DNA of 64,000 nucleotides from Octopus sinensis (lineage: Eukaryota): positions 2,356,001 to 2,420,000 of the forward strand of contig NC_043011.1 in assembly GCF_006345805.1 (NCBI RefSeq), written 5' to 3'. The notes beneath the pieces were generated by a model. That model was not told the origin of the DNA and searched no databases. It saw nothing but the letters and a program-made list of their open reading frames with translations. The first letter of the stretch is position 1; every line of letters starts with the position of its first letter. Shown piece after piece: positions 1-12,714 of this stretch. Made by a program: the position numbers and the translations under genes.

Positions 1-1200
1 AAAATTGAGGTTTTGCACTTGCTCTATGCAAGCTGTGGGAGATTTGTCCATGTGCAATATAAGCAAACAATGTATTGCTACTCTAGTAGCATGTTATGCA
101 TAGAGAGTGTGAATGAAGAAAAAGTGTAATTTGCAGAACCGCTGCTGCTTGAGATGGTTGGCACCTCTAACTTGCAGTAACTTCTGTAAAGTCAAGTAGA
201 AAAATATTTTCATCTTGCAAGTTTAACAATAAATAAATAGCATGAATGAAATGTATGGACATTATGACCAGGAATGGGTTGAAAGCAAATCATAAAAGTT
301 TGCTGATGTAGTAGTATAAATCATAATGATTGGAGGAAATCTTTTGTTATCACGGAAGCTTGTGTAGGACGAATTTATCATGGAATGGGCTCCATGAAGT
401 ATACCTTCTATTTTAGAATTATTTAGTTGGAGAATTTGATGCAGTGCTCAACTCAATGAGGGTCTTCCCATACTGGGGAGATAGATATCGCTGCTATTTC
501 ACCTTGAACTTCTAAAACCTGATGTGTGTAGTGTATGATGAACCTTGGAAGAATTCTGTAGGGTGAGATAATTGTTGTAAGAAAAACGAAGCAAAGTGCA
601 TGGTTTCAGGAATGATGTGTAATACCACATGGGCTTGAACAGATGAGACATGTCTGTGACTAGTTCATAAGAGTAGAAACCACTGACATACATACACAGC
701 TCATACATAGTTTGGATAAGCAGAATCAATTTTTCAGAAACGCCATTGTTCAATCAGTGTAAGAAGAAGAAGAAGGACATCCATGATCTTTATAGGCTAA
801 GTACTATAGATGTGGTATTCTGTTTGAATATTAATGGATCTTTTTGCCAGTCTGAAACTATGCTAACAAGAATGGAATTCTAGAGGGTTATCACTGTTGG
901 GATGAATGCTGCACAGCTTGTTTAGTGCGTGAACCTATGTCATTAGGGTGACAAAATAAATAGTGGTAAAACTCTTAGAATGAAGCTCAGTTTGCTTGTC
1001 CAAGGAAGAAGAAAGTGTTGTAGTCGTAACTGAAAATGCAGAGAAAAGAATTGGTGAATCTGTAGCAAGTAGTTGTGGTTCAGTGAATGAATTTTTGAGA
1101 ATTAGCCAAATGATGTCTTTTTTTGTATAGTGCAGTATTAGCGTCAATGCCATATGTGAACATTATTTTAATGTTTGGTGTGTTTTACTGAGGGTTATTC
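1..1200 (-). mobile_element. Decayed CR1/Crack-like LINE ORF2 (reverse transcriptase region)
   Basis: Minus-strand remnants appear in the expected order: SSSLDKQTELHSKSF (cf. SxxDKAELFAKxF), SGFRSSR (cf. QYGFRSSRST), a frameshifted DISKAFD-like motif near 300, and eroded QGSVL/YADD-like segments near 100-150. Many stops and indels. Confidence 0.6.
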
Positions 1201-1819
1201 ATGAAAGGTACCATTTAGTTTTCAAGATGGTTTTGACATTGGTGTGTTCTAGTGAAGGCACCGTTTTGCAAGGGGACAGATTGCATAACAAAATTTAATG
1301 ACATTAGAAAGTAATGAATGATTGTCAAATTTACCTTAAAATAAGTAATATTCATATCTCAGAGTCATGATGAGGTTTTCAAATTCAATTTGGTTTCATT
1401 ATTAGTTTACACAAACAAGCATGAAAACACTGACATTATATCAACTAATATTAATTTTACACATATTTTCAAGACATGAATTAAAATATAGTTGCATATA
1501 GCCAGTAAACTTATGGCATAGGTTATCTGTCATGGATGTAATAACTGATTTCTAACACCATTAACTACTAGACATAATTCATATTCTGATATGACTGTTT
1601 GCAATTATAGTCTAACATTTATCATGCAAATATCATCTGCAACTCAAACAAAATTTATCTAGATCCAAGTCAAATGATTTGAGAAATATTTTCTTTGCAT
1701 TTTAAATTGAAATTTGCTTCAATTACATTGCTTCGTAGATATAGCTAATAATTTTATTTTATGTTATCATATTTTGATATTCTTTCACATTTTTGTGTCA
1801 TAGGAGAAGAAATCCAGTA

Positions 1820-2160
1820 CTTTCCAAGCCTGGAACTTATTCTGTCAGTTTCTTTTTACTAAACCACTATATTACTAAGTTACAAGATCTTTAACAAACT
1901 GACAGCAGCTGTCAGGTGTTGGGTTTGGGTAAACAGATAGAAATACACACACACGTCAGTATACATGTATACTTGCATGCAAGTATGTATTTGGCAGATT
2001 TCCAGACATTCTACATCCACAAAATTCACTCAAAAGTAATTGGTCAGCCCAGAGATGAAGTACAAGACACACCCCCAAGGTGGCATGCAGTACAGCTGAA
2101 CCTGAAACAGCGTGGTTGTGAACTAAATATCATAACCACCAAGCCCAGCCACGCCTGTAT
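1820..2160 (-). mobile_element. Degenerate copy of tRNA-derived SINE family A
   Basis: Diverged match to the better copies at 8572-8983 and 62112-62513. Confidence 0.6.
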
Positions 2161-2460
2161 CTATATGTGTGTGTGTGTGTGTTTTAGGAGTAGGAATGAC
2201 TGCATGTTTAAGAAGATTCTTTCCAAACTATGCTATGCAGCACACTGTGCAAGTTTCTGCACTCATGTGTAAAGTTGTGATGTTCAAGGAGTTGTCATAG
2301 GCACTCTTCTGCTCACTGTCTGCTTTGAAATCTATGTGGAATAAGAGATCTCCTACTGGGGTAAAAAAGAGGAAGTATTAGTATCCAGATGAGCATTCTG
2401 CAGTAAAAATTACTCAGTAAGGTAATTATGTGCCCTCAGCTGGCATGGAAAGTGAATGTA

Positions 2461-3026
2461 TTGGATTGTCTAGAAAGTTCGTGCTAATTTATCGTAGCTT
2501 ACCTTTCGACTTATTTTAGAATATGGTTGAGTCCATAAAATAGGATTTGACTACACCTCCATTTAGAGCAGAGTTTAATCTATCTTTTCGTGGAAGAAGG
2601 TTTATGTTCCTATTAACTGTGTTAATTCTATAACCCTTTAAGATGGAAGATAAGAAAGTTCATTTTTGGCACTTGATGCTTTGGGAGCCAGACAAAAATT
2701 GCTGCAGCTCAGCTGGGATGTGTTACCCAACCCTCCATATTCACCAGATATTGCTCCTTCAGATTTCCACTTATTCAGGTCTCTGCAGAATAGTCTTAAT
2801 GGTAAAAATTTCAATTCCTTGAATGACGTAAAAAGATACCTTGATGAATTCTTTGACATGAAACCACCTCAAATCTGGGAAGAGGGTATTTTCAAGTTAA
2901 AGGCAAGATGGAGACGCATTGTGCAACAAAATGGTTCATATTTGGTTGATTAAAAATGTAATGGTAAGTATTTATTGACCTTTTTCTTTCCTTTAAAAAT
3001 CAGCACGAACTTTCCAGACAAGACAT
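2461..3026 (+). mobile_element. Internally deleted mariner DNA transposon
   Basis: TA-flanked imperfect ~30-bp TIRs (TTGGATTGTCTAGAAAGTTCGTGCTAATTT ... AAATCAGCACGAACTTTCCAGACAAGACAT). ORF 2666-2953 encodes the transposase C-terminus with PPYSPDIAPSDFHLF. Confidence 0.92.
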
Positions 3027-3597
3027 TAAAATGATTGAGGGAAAAGAAGTTTATATGTGTATGCATGTGTGTGTATAGACACACACACAAACACACACAT
3101 TATGATTACCACTTGCTAGTGAGAAGGTAGTATGTACTATACTTTTAATAACTGCCTTTTAGTTGGACAAATTCAGGACTTAAATATTTACAGTGGATAT
3201 GCAAGTATCATATTTTCTCATCAGCTGACCATATATTTCCAACTAATATTACTGGGATAGGAATATACTAGCTGACTGTATCAAAATTTTATATAGAATT
3301 TAACAAAAAATAAGAAAAATTACTATGAAATCTTATTTAAAAACAAAATTCCAACATGAATTGTACACACTGATAAACCCACATGTAAAATATTACCTAA
3401 AATTTACCGAAACTTACTGTCATATAATATTAAACTGAATGTTAATAATTTTACCAGTAATAAAAATGAAATAAGTAGAACAAAAGGAAACTCATGTGAT
3501 AGTAAAAATAAAATAATAATAAAATTAAAGTGAAGACCAAATATATAATATGTGTTTAATTGGCAAAATATCAAAGTTCTGTTGTCAAACCTTTCTG

Positions 3598-3711
3598 TAA
3601 CCTCAAGTATAACAAGAAATAAATAAATATATGCACACACACACATACACACACACACACGCACACACACACACATACACACATGCATACACACACATAC
3701 ACACACACATA

Positions 3712-3742
<31 letters not shown>

Positions 3743-4030
3743 GCACGCACGCACACACACACTTACCTCAAGTATAACAAGAAATAAATAAATATATGCA
3801 CATGCACACACATACACACACATACACACACACACACGCGCACACACACGCGCACACACGCGCACACACACACATACACACATGCACACACACACGTGCG
3901 TGCGCACACACACGCACATACACACATGCACACACACACATGCACACACACATACACACATACACCACACACACACACACACGCACGCACACACACAGAC
4001 ATTCACACACACAACACACACACACACAAA
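3598..4030. repeat. (CA)n-rich compound microsatellite with a duplicated ~35-bp unique unit
   Basis: CCTCAAGTATAACAAGAAATAAATAAATATATGCAC occurs at ~3601 and ~3766, each followed by CA/CACG repeats. The ORFs called here are repeat artefacts. Confidence 0.9.
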
Positions 4031-4193
4031 TGCCTCATATCCTAAAGTAGTAATTTCATTGTTTAATTCTTTATCGAAGCAGCATGATGGAGTTATTATA
4101 GGAGTCGTTATTCTGCTGATTTTTCTTTCTTGCAGCAACTGCTGAAGTCTAATGTTAGTCAGTCATATTCATATACCCCCTCTAATCCATAAA

Positions 4194-4590
4194 TCTTTAT
4201 ATATAAAAGTGAGGTTGTGTGCTGTCTGTCTCCTACGATTTAGATTCCTAACTACTCCCACATTTTGCGGTGCAGTTTAACCAAACCCGGGTATCTTATA
4301 GTCGTGATTCATATCGAGCCCTTCTGGGCATTAGCGCGCGTCTACGATGAGTCTACGATTTAAAAAAAAATTACCATCAATTTTTCCCATTTTTAATGCA
4401 TTTTTGGCATATATAAGGGAAGTAACTCTCTAAAAATTTATTATTAAATCTCAGAATGTAAAAAGCTACAGTAACACCACCCTCCTTTGTGGTTAGCCAT
4501 ATTGAGATGGCTATTATACTTTACATCTCTAAAAATGCTTATATAGTTATTTCCCTTACAAACCTGAGCAACGCCGGGCGATACTGCTAG
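4194..4590 (+). mobile_element. Non-autonomous Helitron
   Basis: 5' TC (A|TCTTTATATATAAAA), subterminal hairpin CCTGAGCAACGCCGGG, 3' CTAG followed by T. Inserted at an AT dinucleotide with no TSD. Confidence 0.85.
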
Positions 4591-5831
4591 TATCTAATAA
4601 AATGATAAGATTGAGCAACAGGTCTAAAAAGTCGAATTGGATACAACAAATCGCTGGAGTAAATTATTTTTCACTTGCTGCCTTTCTTACAACTAATCAC
4701 CAAACTATTACATAAGAGTGAAACTTATTTCTAAATCAGGCATAATTTTTTTTTTTTTAGGTGAACAAATGATCTTATGATCTCATAACAATGTAGCTAG
4801 TATTTCTATCTCTTTAACCTCATAACGGGCAGCATGTATGCTGTAGTATATTTATTTCTGTACTGTAGATTGCTTCAAGATACAGTCCACAGTAACTATT
4901 AATGATATATAATGTTTGAATTATTTCACATAACTATTTAGTGTAAATCTTATTCTCTCACTGCAACTCTTTCCTATTTTTCTCTTCACGTTTTCTATAA
5001 TTCTTTCGTTCAAAGAAATTGTCGGAAAATGATTGACGAATTGTTACATAGTTTGACCTAATGGTTAATGTCCCACCCACTCCCAAACTATAAATCATAA
5101 GCCATTCAACTTTGCTACATTGATGCATTTATAAACACCATAAAATTGCATTCCTTACATTTCATTTTTTTTTCTGTCCAGCTTGAACAAATCTGTAATT
5201 TCCTATAAACTTTATCATAAACTTTCTTACAAATTTATTACACTAAGTTGCACATCTAAGTTTTCATCTTCCATATTGTATGAGTTTCAAATATAATCTT
5301 TCTTTCTTTCTTTCTTTTTTATTTCTTTCTTTTCTTCTTGTTTCTTTCTCTTTCTCTCTCTCTCTCTCTCTCTCATTACACACCTCTTACCCTTTGCTAT
5401 ATTTCAATTTGGTCAATAATAGTGATTTTCCACTTTCCTTCTGCTATATAACCATGTTTCTGCTTATCTCAATCTTAGCTACTATCAATCACTATTTAAT
5501 ATTAGATTAACATCAGGTTTGCTTATTTTCACTTCATTTCAAACCGTTACATCGAAGTTTGAATTAGCAATGGAATGTCTACTAGGAACTTGACATGGTC
5601 ACTGTGCAAAAATATCTCCTGAAACAAATTTCTTATTGAATTTTAGATGGAGGCCACTTATACGTCCTAAATGTTACTACAACAAACCCTAAAATAAAGA
5701 TTACACAGTTGCAAATGGCAATGAAGCTCTTCATGTTATCAGTTGCCTCCACAAACTTAATTTACTGAAGTGACTTGACTTTGATTTTCTCAGTAACAAC
5801 AGTTTTAGCATTGTCTGAAGCAGAGAATACT

Positions 5832-6209
5832 GGATGGAAGCACTCTGTCGGTTACAACGACGAGGGTTCCGGTTGATCCGAATCAATGGAACAGCCTGCT
5901 CATGAAATTAACGTGTAAGTGGCTCCACAGACACGTGTACCCTTAACGTAGTTCTCGGGAATATTCAGCGTGACACAGAGAGTGACAAAGCCGGCCCCTT
6001 GAAGTACAGGTACAACAGAAACAGGAAGTAAGAGTGAGAGAAAGTTGTGGTGAAAGAGTACAGCAGGGATCACCACCATCCCCTTCCGGAGCCTCGTGGA
6101 GCTTTCTGTGTTTTCGCTCAATAAACACTCACAACGCCCGGTCTGGGAATCGAAACCGCGATCCTATGACCGCGAGTCCGCTGCCCTAACCACTGGGCCA
6201 TTGCACCTC
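5832..6209 (-). mobile_element. tRNA-derived SINE family B
   Basis: tRNA-like head on the minus strand (TGGCCCAGTGG A box, GGTTTCGATTCCC B box). 11-bp TSD CAGAGAATACT at 5821-5831 and 6210-6220. Near-identical copy at 24608-24998. Confidence 0.92.
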
Positions 6210-6749
6210 CAGAGAATACTATGAATCTTTATTGACAAAATATCTGACACATTCGCCATAGTTTTCCAACTCCTCAAGAGATAACAGGTTTGTTTCAGCT
6301 ACTGCTTTAATTTAAAGTATTTTTTTTTAGAAAGTATTCAGAACATTAGTGGATAAAAGTAAAAATATGCTACAAAGTGTTTAATTTGGTGTGCTATGAT
6401 TTCTACTAATCTTTTGTCCAGTCATCCATTATGTTGTATTTTCTGGAAGAGTAAACACAACTCTACCTATCTTGGTTTTTCTGATGAATGACTTGTTAGC
6501 ATTAGAAAAGATATCTAACTGACAGAAGCCAAATGCTCATAATATGAAATAATGCAGGAAAATGAATACAGAGACTCTAATATCAGCAGAGAAGGATCGC
6601 TGTTTGTTTGCATGCCAAAGGAGGGATTGATCATACCAAAACACATAACTGAGCCACCTAGTGATGAATTAAGCGTATGGAATAGGATATACTTTGCTGA
6701 GAAGACCTTAAGATATTCAGAGTTGTTTTCCAAACTCTCTGAAATAATA

Positions 6750-7300
6750 AAAAATGATGCTAATAGTAATGATAATAATGCAAGAATTGAAGGAAAGGGG
6801 GAGCACAGAAATAAATACAATCATTATGGAATGCTACTATAGGAGCCAAACCATAAAGAAAAATGAAGTACCAATAAGAGAATATCTCCTGTTCCTTCTC
6901 GAGCCATGCCTGGCTCATAGGGCCAGTTTCCTGGTTTCTAGATGTATAGGTTCCCCACCTGAATGGGACGCCAATTTGTCGCAGGTGAGCTGCAAGATGC
7001 AGGAGGAAAGAGTGAGAGAAAGTTGTGGTGAAAGAGTAAGCAGAAGTTTCGCCATTACCTTCTGCTGGAGCCACATGGAGCTTAGGTGTTTTGCTCATAA
7101 AAACACACACTACCCAGTCTGAGATTCGAACCCGCAATCCCTTGACTGCAAGTCCGCTGCTCTAACCACTAGGGCATGTGCCTCCACAATAAGAGAATAT
7201 GGAAAAAGGTTGTACCAAGAATGGCAACAATATGAAATATTTGAACTGCCAAACATCCTTTTTGTTGCTGCTATTGGTATCCTACTCGATCTTTTTGTTA
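6750..7300 (+). mobile_element. N-terminal remnant of an R4/Dong-like LINE ORF, split by a SINE
   Basis: Removing the SINE and one TSD restores EINTIIMECYYRSQTIKKNEVPIREYGKRLYQEWQQYEIFE, which resembles the N-terminus of R4/Dong-type ORFs. Confidence 0.55.
6886..7186 (-). mobile_element. tRNA-derived SINE related to family B, with a different 3' tail
   Basis: tRNA-like head, body shared with 5832-6209 (AAGAGTGAGAGAAAGTTGTGGTGAAAGAGT), and a 14-bp TSD CAATAAGAGAATAT at 6872-6885 and 7187-7200. Confidence 0.88.
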
Positions 7301-8571
7301 TAAGTCTCTTATGACATGCAACAGATGTAACAGTCACTCTTGCACTAAATGTTCAAATTTATTTATATGTATTTTTGACAATTACTTATTGATTGTTGTA
7401 TATGATTTTCTGTTCATAACTCTAATCTCACAAAACTATAAATAGGATTGATAATGCTTCTATTGTCAATGAAAGTCATGTATAAATCAGCAATAAATAA
7501 AGGCACTTCAAGTCAACCATCTCTATCTAATTTGGCTCTTATGCCATGTGTACAGAATGATCCACAAGAATATTCACATATTTAGCCACAATATTGCTCG
7601 CACACACATGCAGACACAATATGCATATGCACATCAATACACAGGAATACTCACATCATATGCATACACAACTACAAATGCATGCATTTACATAAGTACT
7701 CATATACCCACAAATAAAAGAGACATACATTGAAAGCGTAGAGCATTTACATTTGTATAATTCCAGAGCTGCCACAATGCACAAAACTGGTTTTCTATTG
7801 TAAAAGTCTGTTCTTCTCCTGACTAATTGGTTAGCTAGAATTTAGTGAATGCAGTGCTGTTAGTCTTGGTAATTTAAATAAGTTATCCCAAGAAACGTCA
7901 TTATAATTGCTGGTTTCATGAAATGGGGACCGAAGAAAATGGTTAGCAAAGCATATTGATGAATATACTAATGTAATTTGAGAACATCATAAGATACACA
8001 ATGATAATAATAATGAATGTCTCTTTGCAGACACTTGATATGCAAGAAATAGCAGCCAAATCAGAACCTCCTCTTTAATATAAGAAAAAAAGGTTATGCA
8101 ATAAATACCTTTGTGTGGTAGATTTAATTCATCACCATGTTTAACACCACCACTTGGCCCTCAGGTGTTTCAGGAGAATACAATTGGTTATAAACATTCA
8201 GTTCATGTCAGCAGAATCAGTCTGAAGGTGACCTTATCCTCTCAACAGTCTTGGCAGTTTTACAAAAAGGTAATAGCAGCTACCCTTATATGGACTGTTA
8301 AGTATAGCTAAGCCACAATGAATGGCACAACTACAAAACTATATCAATGTGATTTATTTTGTTTAGAATTGTTTACATTTCATCAGTGATTAAGGAAAAA
8401 GACTGCATTCTTCTGCTGTGTGTGTTAAATTGCATTTGTTGAAAACACTCAATAAATCAATGTAAATTCCGTTATTGTCATGTAGTCCCAGATCAGCTGT
8501 TCATTTGCAGAAAACTACTATCAAATATATATAGATCTCTGGTCAAAAGATCCTGTCTTTTCCAGTCATAA

Positions 8572-8983
8572 TACTCTTTTACTCTTTTACTTGTTTTAGT
8601 CATTTGACAGTGGCCATGCTGGAGCACCACCTTTAGTCGAGCAAATCGACCCCAGGACTTATTCTTTGTAAGCCTAGTACTTATTCTATCGATATCTTTT
8701 GCCAAACTGCTAAGCTACGGGGATGTAAACACACCAGCACTGGTTGTCAAGCAATGTTGGGTGGGGGGACAAACACAGATACACAAACACATACACATAC
8801 ATATATATATACATATATATGACGGGCTTCTTTCAGTTTCCGTCTACCAAATCCATTCACAAGGCTTTGGTCGGCCCGAGGCTATGGTAGAAGACACTTG
8901 CCCAAGGTGCCACGCAGTGGGACTCAATCCGGAACCATGTAGTTTGTAAGCAAGCTACTTACCACACAGCCACTCCTATGCCT
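8572..8983 (-). mobile_element. tRNA-derived SINE family A (internal CA/TA microsatellite)
   Basis: A box GGCTGTGTGG and B-box-like GGATTGAGTCCC on the minus strand, ACTCTTTT repeat tail. Multiple copies in the window. Confidence 0.9.
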
Positions 8984-10068
8984 ATAATCTAGCTTACATT
9001 ATAGAATTAGTATTTTTTAAATCAGATGCAACTTTTAGCAGATCTAATAATCATGCAGGGACTTCTTTAGTAACTTATTGTCAACTCAGCAGTACTTTTC
9101 TGCGTTCATTTTTTTTTTCCTTTCTTGACTTCTTTTTACTCCAATAGTAGTAACAGAAATATTGTCAAAATCTATATGAACAGTTCTGTTCTTTTTGTTT
9201 TTTGGCTTTTACGATCAAATGGGTTTCTCTGAAATTTACTTTCTCATGTTCTTTCTTTACTACAATATGAATGTATTTGTGCATTTGTGTTTGTGTACCT
9301 GTGTGTGTGAAATTATGTCAGTTCAAAAGTACTTACAGTCAGCATTTATTCGTGTCAGAATGCTTTCATACTGTTCAGTATGATTTTTAAGTGCCTTACT
9401 TACAGAAATATCAGAAATTATGAATTGATTTACTAAACTTAAAATATCTTGAAAATAATATGATTCATATTAAAGAAGTAGGAGTCACCATCTTCTGAAA
9501 TAGTTGTGAATTTAAAGTACTGCATAACGCCATTGCTTCAGACTTCATTACAACAATTTTTCTCAATTCCTTTTAAAAACTCATATCTAATACTAATCAG
9601 TTCCTAGCATCTTACAATAAAGAAAGCAATATATTTCAGTGTTGGGTTCTGGTCTACAAAATCAATAAAGCTTTGGATCAGAATAAGGTTATGGTGTATC
9701 TATGCAAAAGTCAATTTACCTCAGTCTGTCTAGTTGACAAAAACAAGATCCAATTTCCAATTGCAATTTCACAGTTGTTAGAAGCAGGAAGATTATTCAG
9801 CTGTTAAAAAACATCAGTTGTAATTAAAGCCTTCCTAAATAGTAAGGGGCTGTGAATGTAAGCAGTCAAATGAAGTAATGAAGAAAAACCCCCCAAAAAA
9901 CAAGAGGTTTTGCAAGAAATTTTTTAATCTCTTTTCCTGCTTTCCTGGAATTTGGAAAATGAAAAACAGGCTCTTTGTCTGCTTATAGAATATAACTCTA
10001 TTCAAAATAGAAGGCAAAAATAGTTATTTATGATCCAAAATGAGAATACTTCATATGAAGTGTAGGAT

Positions 10069-10293
10069 CAATGAAACACCTGGCTGACGACAGTCAAGGC
10101 TGATCTGGAACCCAACCTGTCTATGGTATTCGCCGCTGGAATGAGGAGTGGTTGGAGATCATGCGGTCGTTAGCCTCAAATCGCCAGGCTTGGTCAGCGT
10201 TTGTGAGAGATGCAGCATTGAGGATGAATGAAGCCAGCTCAACCCACCCCGGGTGAATGCTGTAAGAAGAGAAGAAGAAGAAGAAAAAGAAGG
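10069..10293 (+). mobile_element. 5'-truncated RTE-clade LINE 3' end
   Basis: Frameshifted KTWLTTVKADLEP...RRWNEEWLEIMRSLASNRQAWSAFVRDA, an (AAG)n tail, and a 10-bp TSD AGTGTAGGAT at 10059-10068 and 10294-10303. Confidence 0.85.
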
Positions 10294-10778
10294 AGTGTAG
10301 GATGGTAAGTAGTTAAAAATTGCCTGAGCCTTTCTGTATTTAAATTTACCTCACTAAGTTCTGAGTTTCAAATGCAATCACAGTTAAACTTTCCATTTCT
10401 TTTGATGATGTCAATAAAAGGAGTACTAGCATTACAATTCCTTTATTTCCTAAAAAAAAATTATATTTTCAAGTACAACAACAACCTCTGTATTTTAGTT
10501 GTAGATTCTTGAGAGCTCATGTGACTAAACTATTTCACTCAGGAAATTATAATTGTAATCATTTTACTTTCACCAAAATCTATTCTATATCCTCTGTAAA
10601 TATCAAGTGTTATTTCTTCCCAAAAGAATTTGTGCACGACAAATTGTCTCTAGGCTAGATCCATAGTTAACTCCACTGTGAACTATTTGTTGACCCAGTT
10701 ACTTTAGGGAAAAATCTGCTTCAATTAAGTATTTAGATTTAGTCATTTTAGGAATATCTTAGAGTGAGGATTTCCAAC

Positions 10779-10973
10779 CGTGCCAGTGGCATGTAAAAGC
10801 ACCCACTACACTCTCAGAGTGGTTGGCGTTAGGAAGGGCTTCCAGCTTTAGAAACTCTGCCAGATCAAAACTGCTTGGTGCAGCCATCTGGTTCACCAGC
10901 TCAAAGTCAAACCGTCCAACCCATGCTAGCATGGAAAGCGGACGTTAAATGACGATGATGATGATGATGATGA
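10779..10973 (+). mobile_element. RTE-tailed short non-autonomous element (family C)
   Basis: GGCGTTAGGAAGGGC...CAACCCATGCTAGCATGGAAAGCGGACGTTAAA followed by (GAT)n. Homologues at 20204, 42285 and 57781. Confidence 0.85.
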
Positions 10974-11309
10974 CATTGTTTGACAAGCAGAGTATACTGC
11001 CAAAACATCTTTAGAACAAAACCACAATTTTAAGGGAATGAAATGGTGACCATAAGCTGAGAGAAAAAGAAAGGAAAGTAGTTGTAAATAGAAGCTTGAA
11101 TGCACTCTACCATAGATAAATGACGAGAGAGTTGTGATTCAATGAATGCAGTGATTCAACTAATTGTGCTGTTTACAGTATTTTTGATGTGTTATGATAA
11201 CATGAGATAACTTTAATATAAACCAGGAATGTATTATGACTAAGTGACTCTTGAACTCAGAACAGAGGATTTCATTAGGATGTATTAATTATATATCAAG
11301 GTTAGTATT

Positions 11310-11518
11310 CTTTTATTTGTTTCTGCCACTTGACTGTGGCCATGTTGGAGCACAGTCTTGATGCATTTTAGTTGAACAAATCAATCCCAGGACTCATTTT
11401 TTAAGCCTAGTACTCATTCTATTGGTCTCTTTTGCTAAGTTACAGGGATGTAAACACACCAACACCAGTTATGAAGTGGTGATAGGGTGACAAGCACTGA
11501 CACAAAGACATGCACACG
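11310..11518 (-). mobile_element. Partial SINE family A
   Basis: Matches the 3' half of 8572-8983 and runs into a (CATA)n array. Confidence 0.75.
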
Positions 11519-11710
11519 TACATACATACATACATACATACATACATACATACATACATACATACATGCATACATACATAAATACATACATGCATGCATG
11601 CATGCATACATTCATACATACATACATACAAACATACGTACGTACATACATACCTACATACATACATTCATACATACATACATACATACATACATACATA
11701 CATACATACA

Positions 11711-11742
<32 letters not shown>

Positions 11743-11755
11743 CATACATACATAT
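11519..11755. repeat. (CATA)n microsatellite
   Basis: Directly visible. Confidence 0.97.
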
Positions 11756-12309
11756 ACAGTTAGCGAGGGCTGTGGTTGAATGAATGTAATGTGGTTTAAG
11801 CTCTGATGATATAAAGTCTTCTGATTAAACTGAGTCAAGATGAATATCAATAAGAAAATACAAAGGAAAGTTTTAAAATACTGGACTGCAATATTTATTT
11901 CTGTCAATAAAGTGCATCAACTGACACAAGAAATAGAACTCTGTCAAAGACTTTACATGGTTTCACAATGTTTCTTGAAGTTGAAGTTAAATGTTGTAAG
12001 AAACACAAAACGTAGCATCAAAGATTCCAGTTATAAATCTCTCCTTACTAAAACTGCAAATTGGTAAAAACTGATCTCATATCAAAAATCAAAGCTTGCT
12101 CATAACTCATCTCCCTCTCAGATTAGTGAGAAAATCGTCCCTTAAATAGCTGATGTAGAGATGCCTGGCTAGTCTGTCACATTAAGTGGTGGACAGTCCA
12201 AGTAAAGCTAAATGGACTGGACCATCATGTGACAAGCCAAAATGGGTATCTGAAAGTCAAGAGACAAAATGTGAGCAGCTAAAGGTAAAGAGTGAACATG
12301 CTTCTGCTA

Positions 12310-12480
12310 CACACACACATATACGACAGGCATCTTTCGGTTTCTGTCTACCAAGTCCACTCACAAAGCTTTGGTTTGCCTGATGCTATATCAGAAAACA
12401 CCTGCCCAAGGTACCATGCAGTGGGACTGAACCTAGAACCATGTGGCTGGAAAGCAAGGTTCTTAACACAGCCATGCCTA
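12310..12480 (-). mobile_element. Partial SINE family A (head region)
   Basis: Matches 8820-8983. Confidence 0.75.
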
Positions 12481-12714
12481 GTTGAAAACAAAAAACAATT
12501 TGGTTTTGTGGTAAACATTTGTTGGTGCTGATATTTTGTCAAGTCTTTGGAGGGACACTAATAACAGCCTTACAAAAATTTTTAGATGACACAAGATTCA
12601 GATCAGTCTTGTGTCATCTAAAGTAAAACCTAAAAAAATACACTGTTATTAACTCATACAACCAATGTTATATTTGTTGTTGTTATTCTTTTAGCTATTA
12701 TTTTTGCATTTAAA

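Noticed and set aside
9332-9365. Possible minus-strand micro-exon YESILTRINAD ending at GTAAGT
   Set aside because: Weak acceptor and too short to distinguish from chance.
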